From assembly GCA_002633005.1 (NCBI GenBank), contig NMRA01000516.1:219549-283548 (forward strand): a stretch of DNA of 64,000 bases, written 5' to 3'. Position 1 is the first letter of the stretch. Every line of letters starts with the position of its first letter. The position numbers and the translations under genes were made by a program. Of the stretch, positions 63,768 through 64,000 are shown in pieces. This stretch comes from Phoronis australis (lineage: Eukaryota; Animalia; Phoronida). The notes under the pieces are model-generated. The model had not been told where the DNA came from and did no database searches. It worked only from the letters and a program-made list of their open reading frames with translations.

Positions 63768-64000
63768 GTTTGTATATTGTTGAAGGCTGACTCTGCACCA
63801 TGGGTCAGTTTGTATATTGTTGAGGGCTGACTGTGCACCACGGGTCAGTTTGTATATTGTTGAGGGCTGACTGTGCACCACGGGTCAGTTTGTATATTGT
63901 TGAGGGCTGGCTGTACACCACGGGTCAGTTTGTATATTGTTGAGGGCTGACTGTACACCACGGGTCAGTTTGTATATTGTTGAGGGCTGGCTGTACACCA
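63768..64000. repeat. 40-bp minisatellite running off the window end (also starts at 61913 before the gap)
   Basis: GTTTGTATATTGTTGAGGGCTGACTGTGCACCACGGGTCA. Confidence 0.95.

Overview
Eukaryotic (animal) genomic DNA that is AT-rich, intron-rich and dominated by repeats. The repeat families suggest a marine invertebrate such as a mollusc, but this is inference. Most ORFs in the supplied track are spurious. Two spliced genes can be rebuilt by hand with consistent splice phases. (1) An OVCA2/FSH1-family serine hydrolase on the + strand, exons from 32545 to at least 61898; the 5' start is uncertain and the last exon is not visible. (2) A signal-peptide + Reeler-domain gene on the - strand (45951 to 34875), nested entirely inside the ~18 kb OVCA2 intron. 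Its Ser/Thr-stalk + GPI-like terminal exon is present in three paralogous copies: two intact and in phase, and one cut by a Gypsy insertion. The rest is mobile DNA: large DINE/HINE (Helentron-type) arrays, TA-, TTAA- and 8-bp-TSD TIR elements, a decayed Mag-type Gypsy, a truncated CR1/L2-type LINE, a Penelope-type GIY-YIG fragment interrupted by a P-like element, tRNA-derived repeats, foldbacks and many minisatellites. Single-N joins and a 273-N gap are flanked by near-identical duplications that look like uncollapsed haplotypes. There is no CRISPR array, rRNA or intact tRNA.
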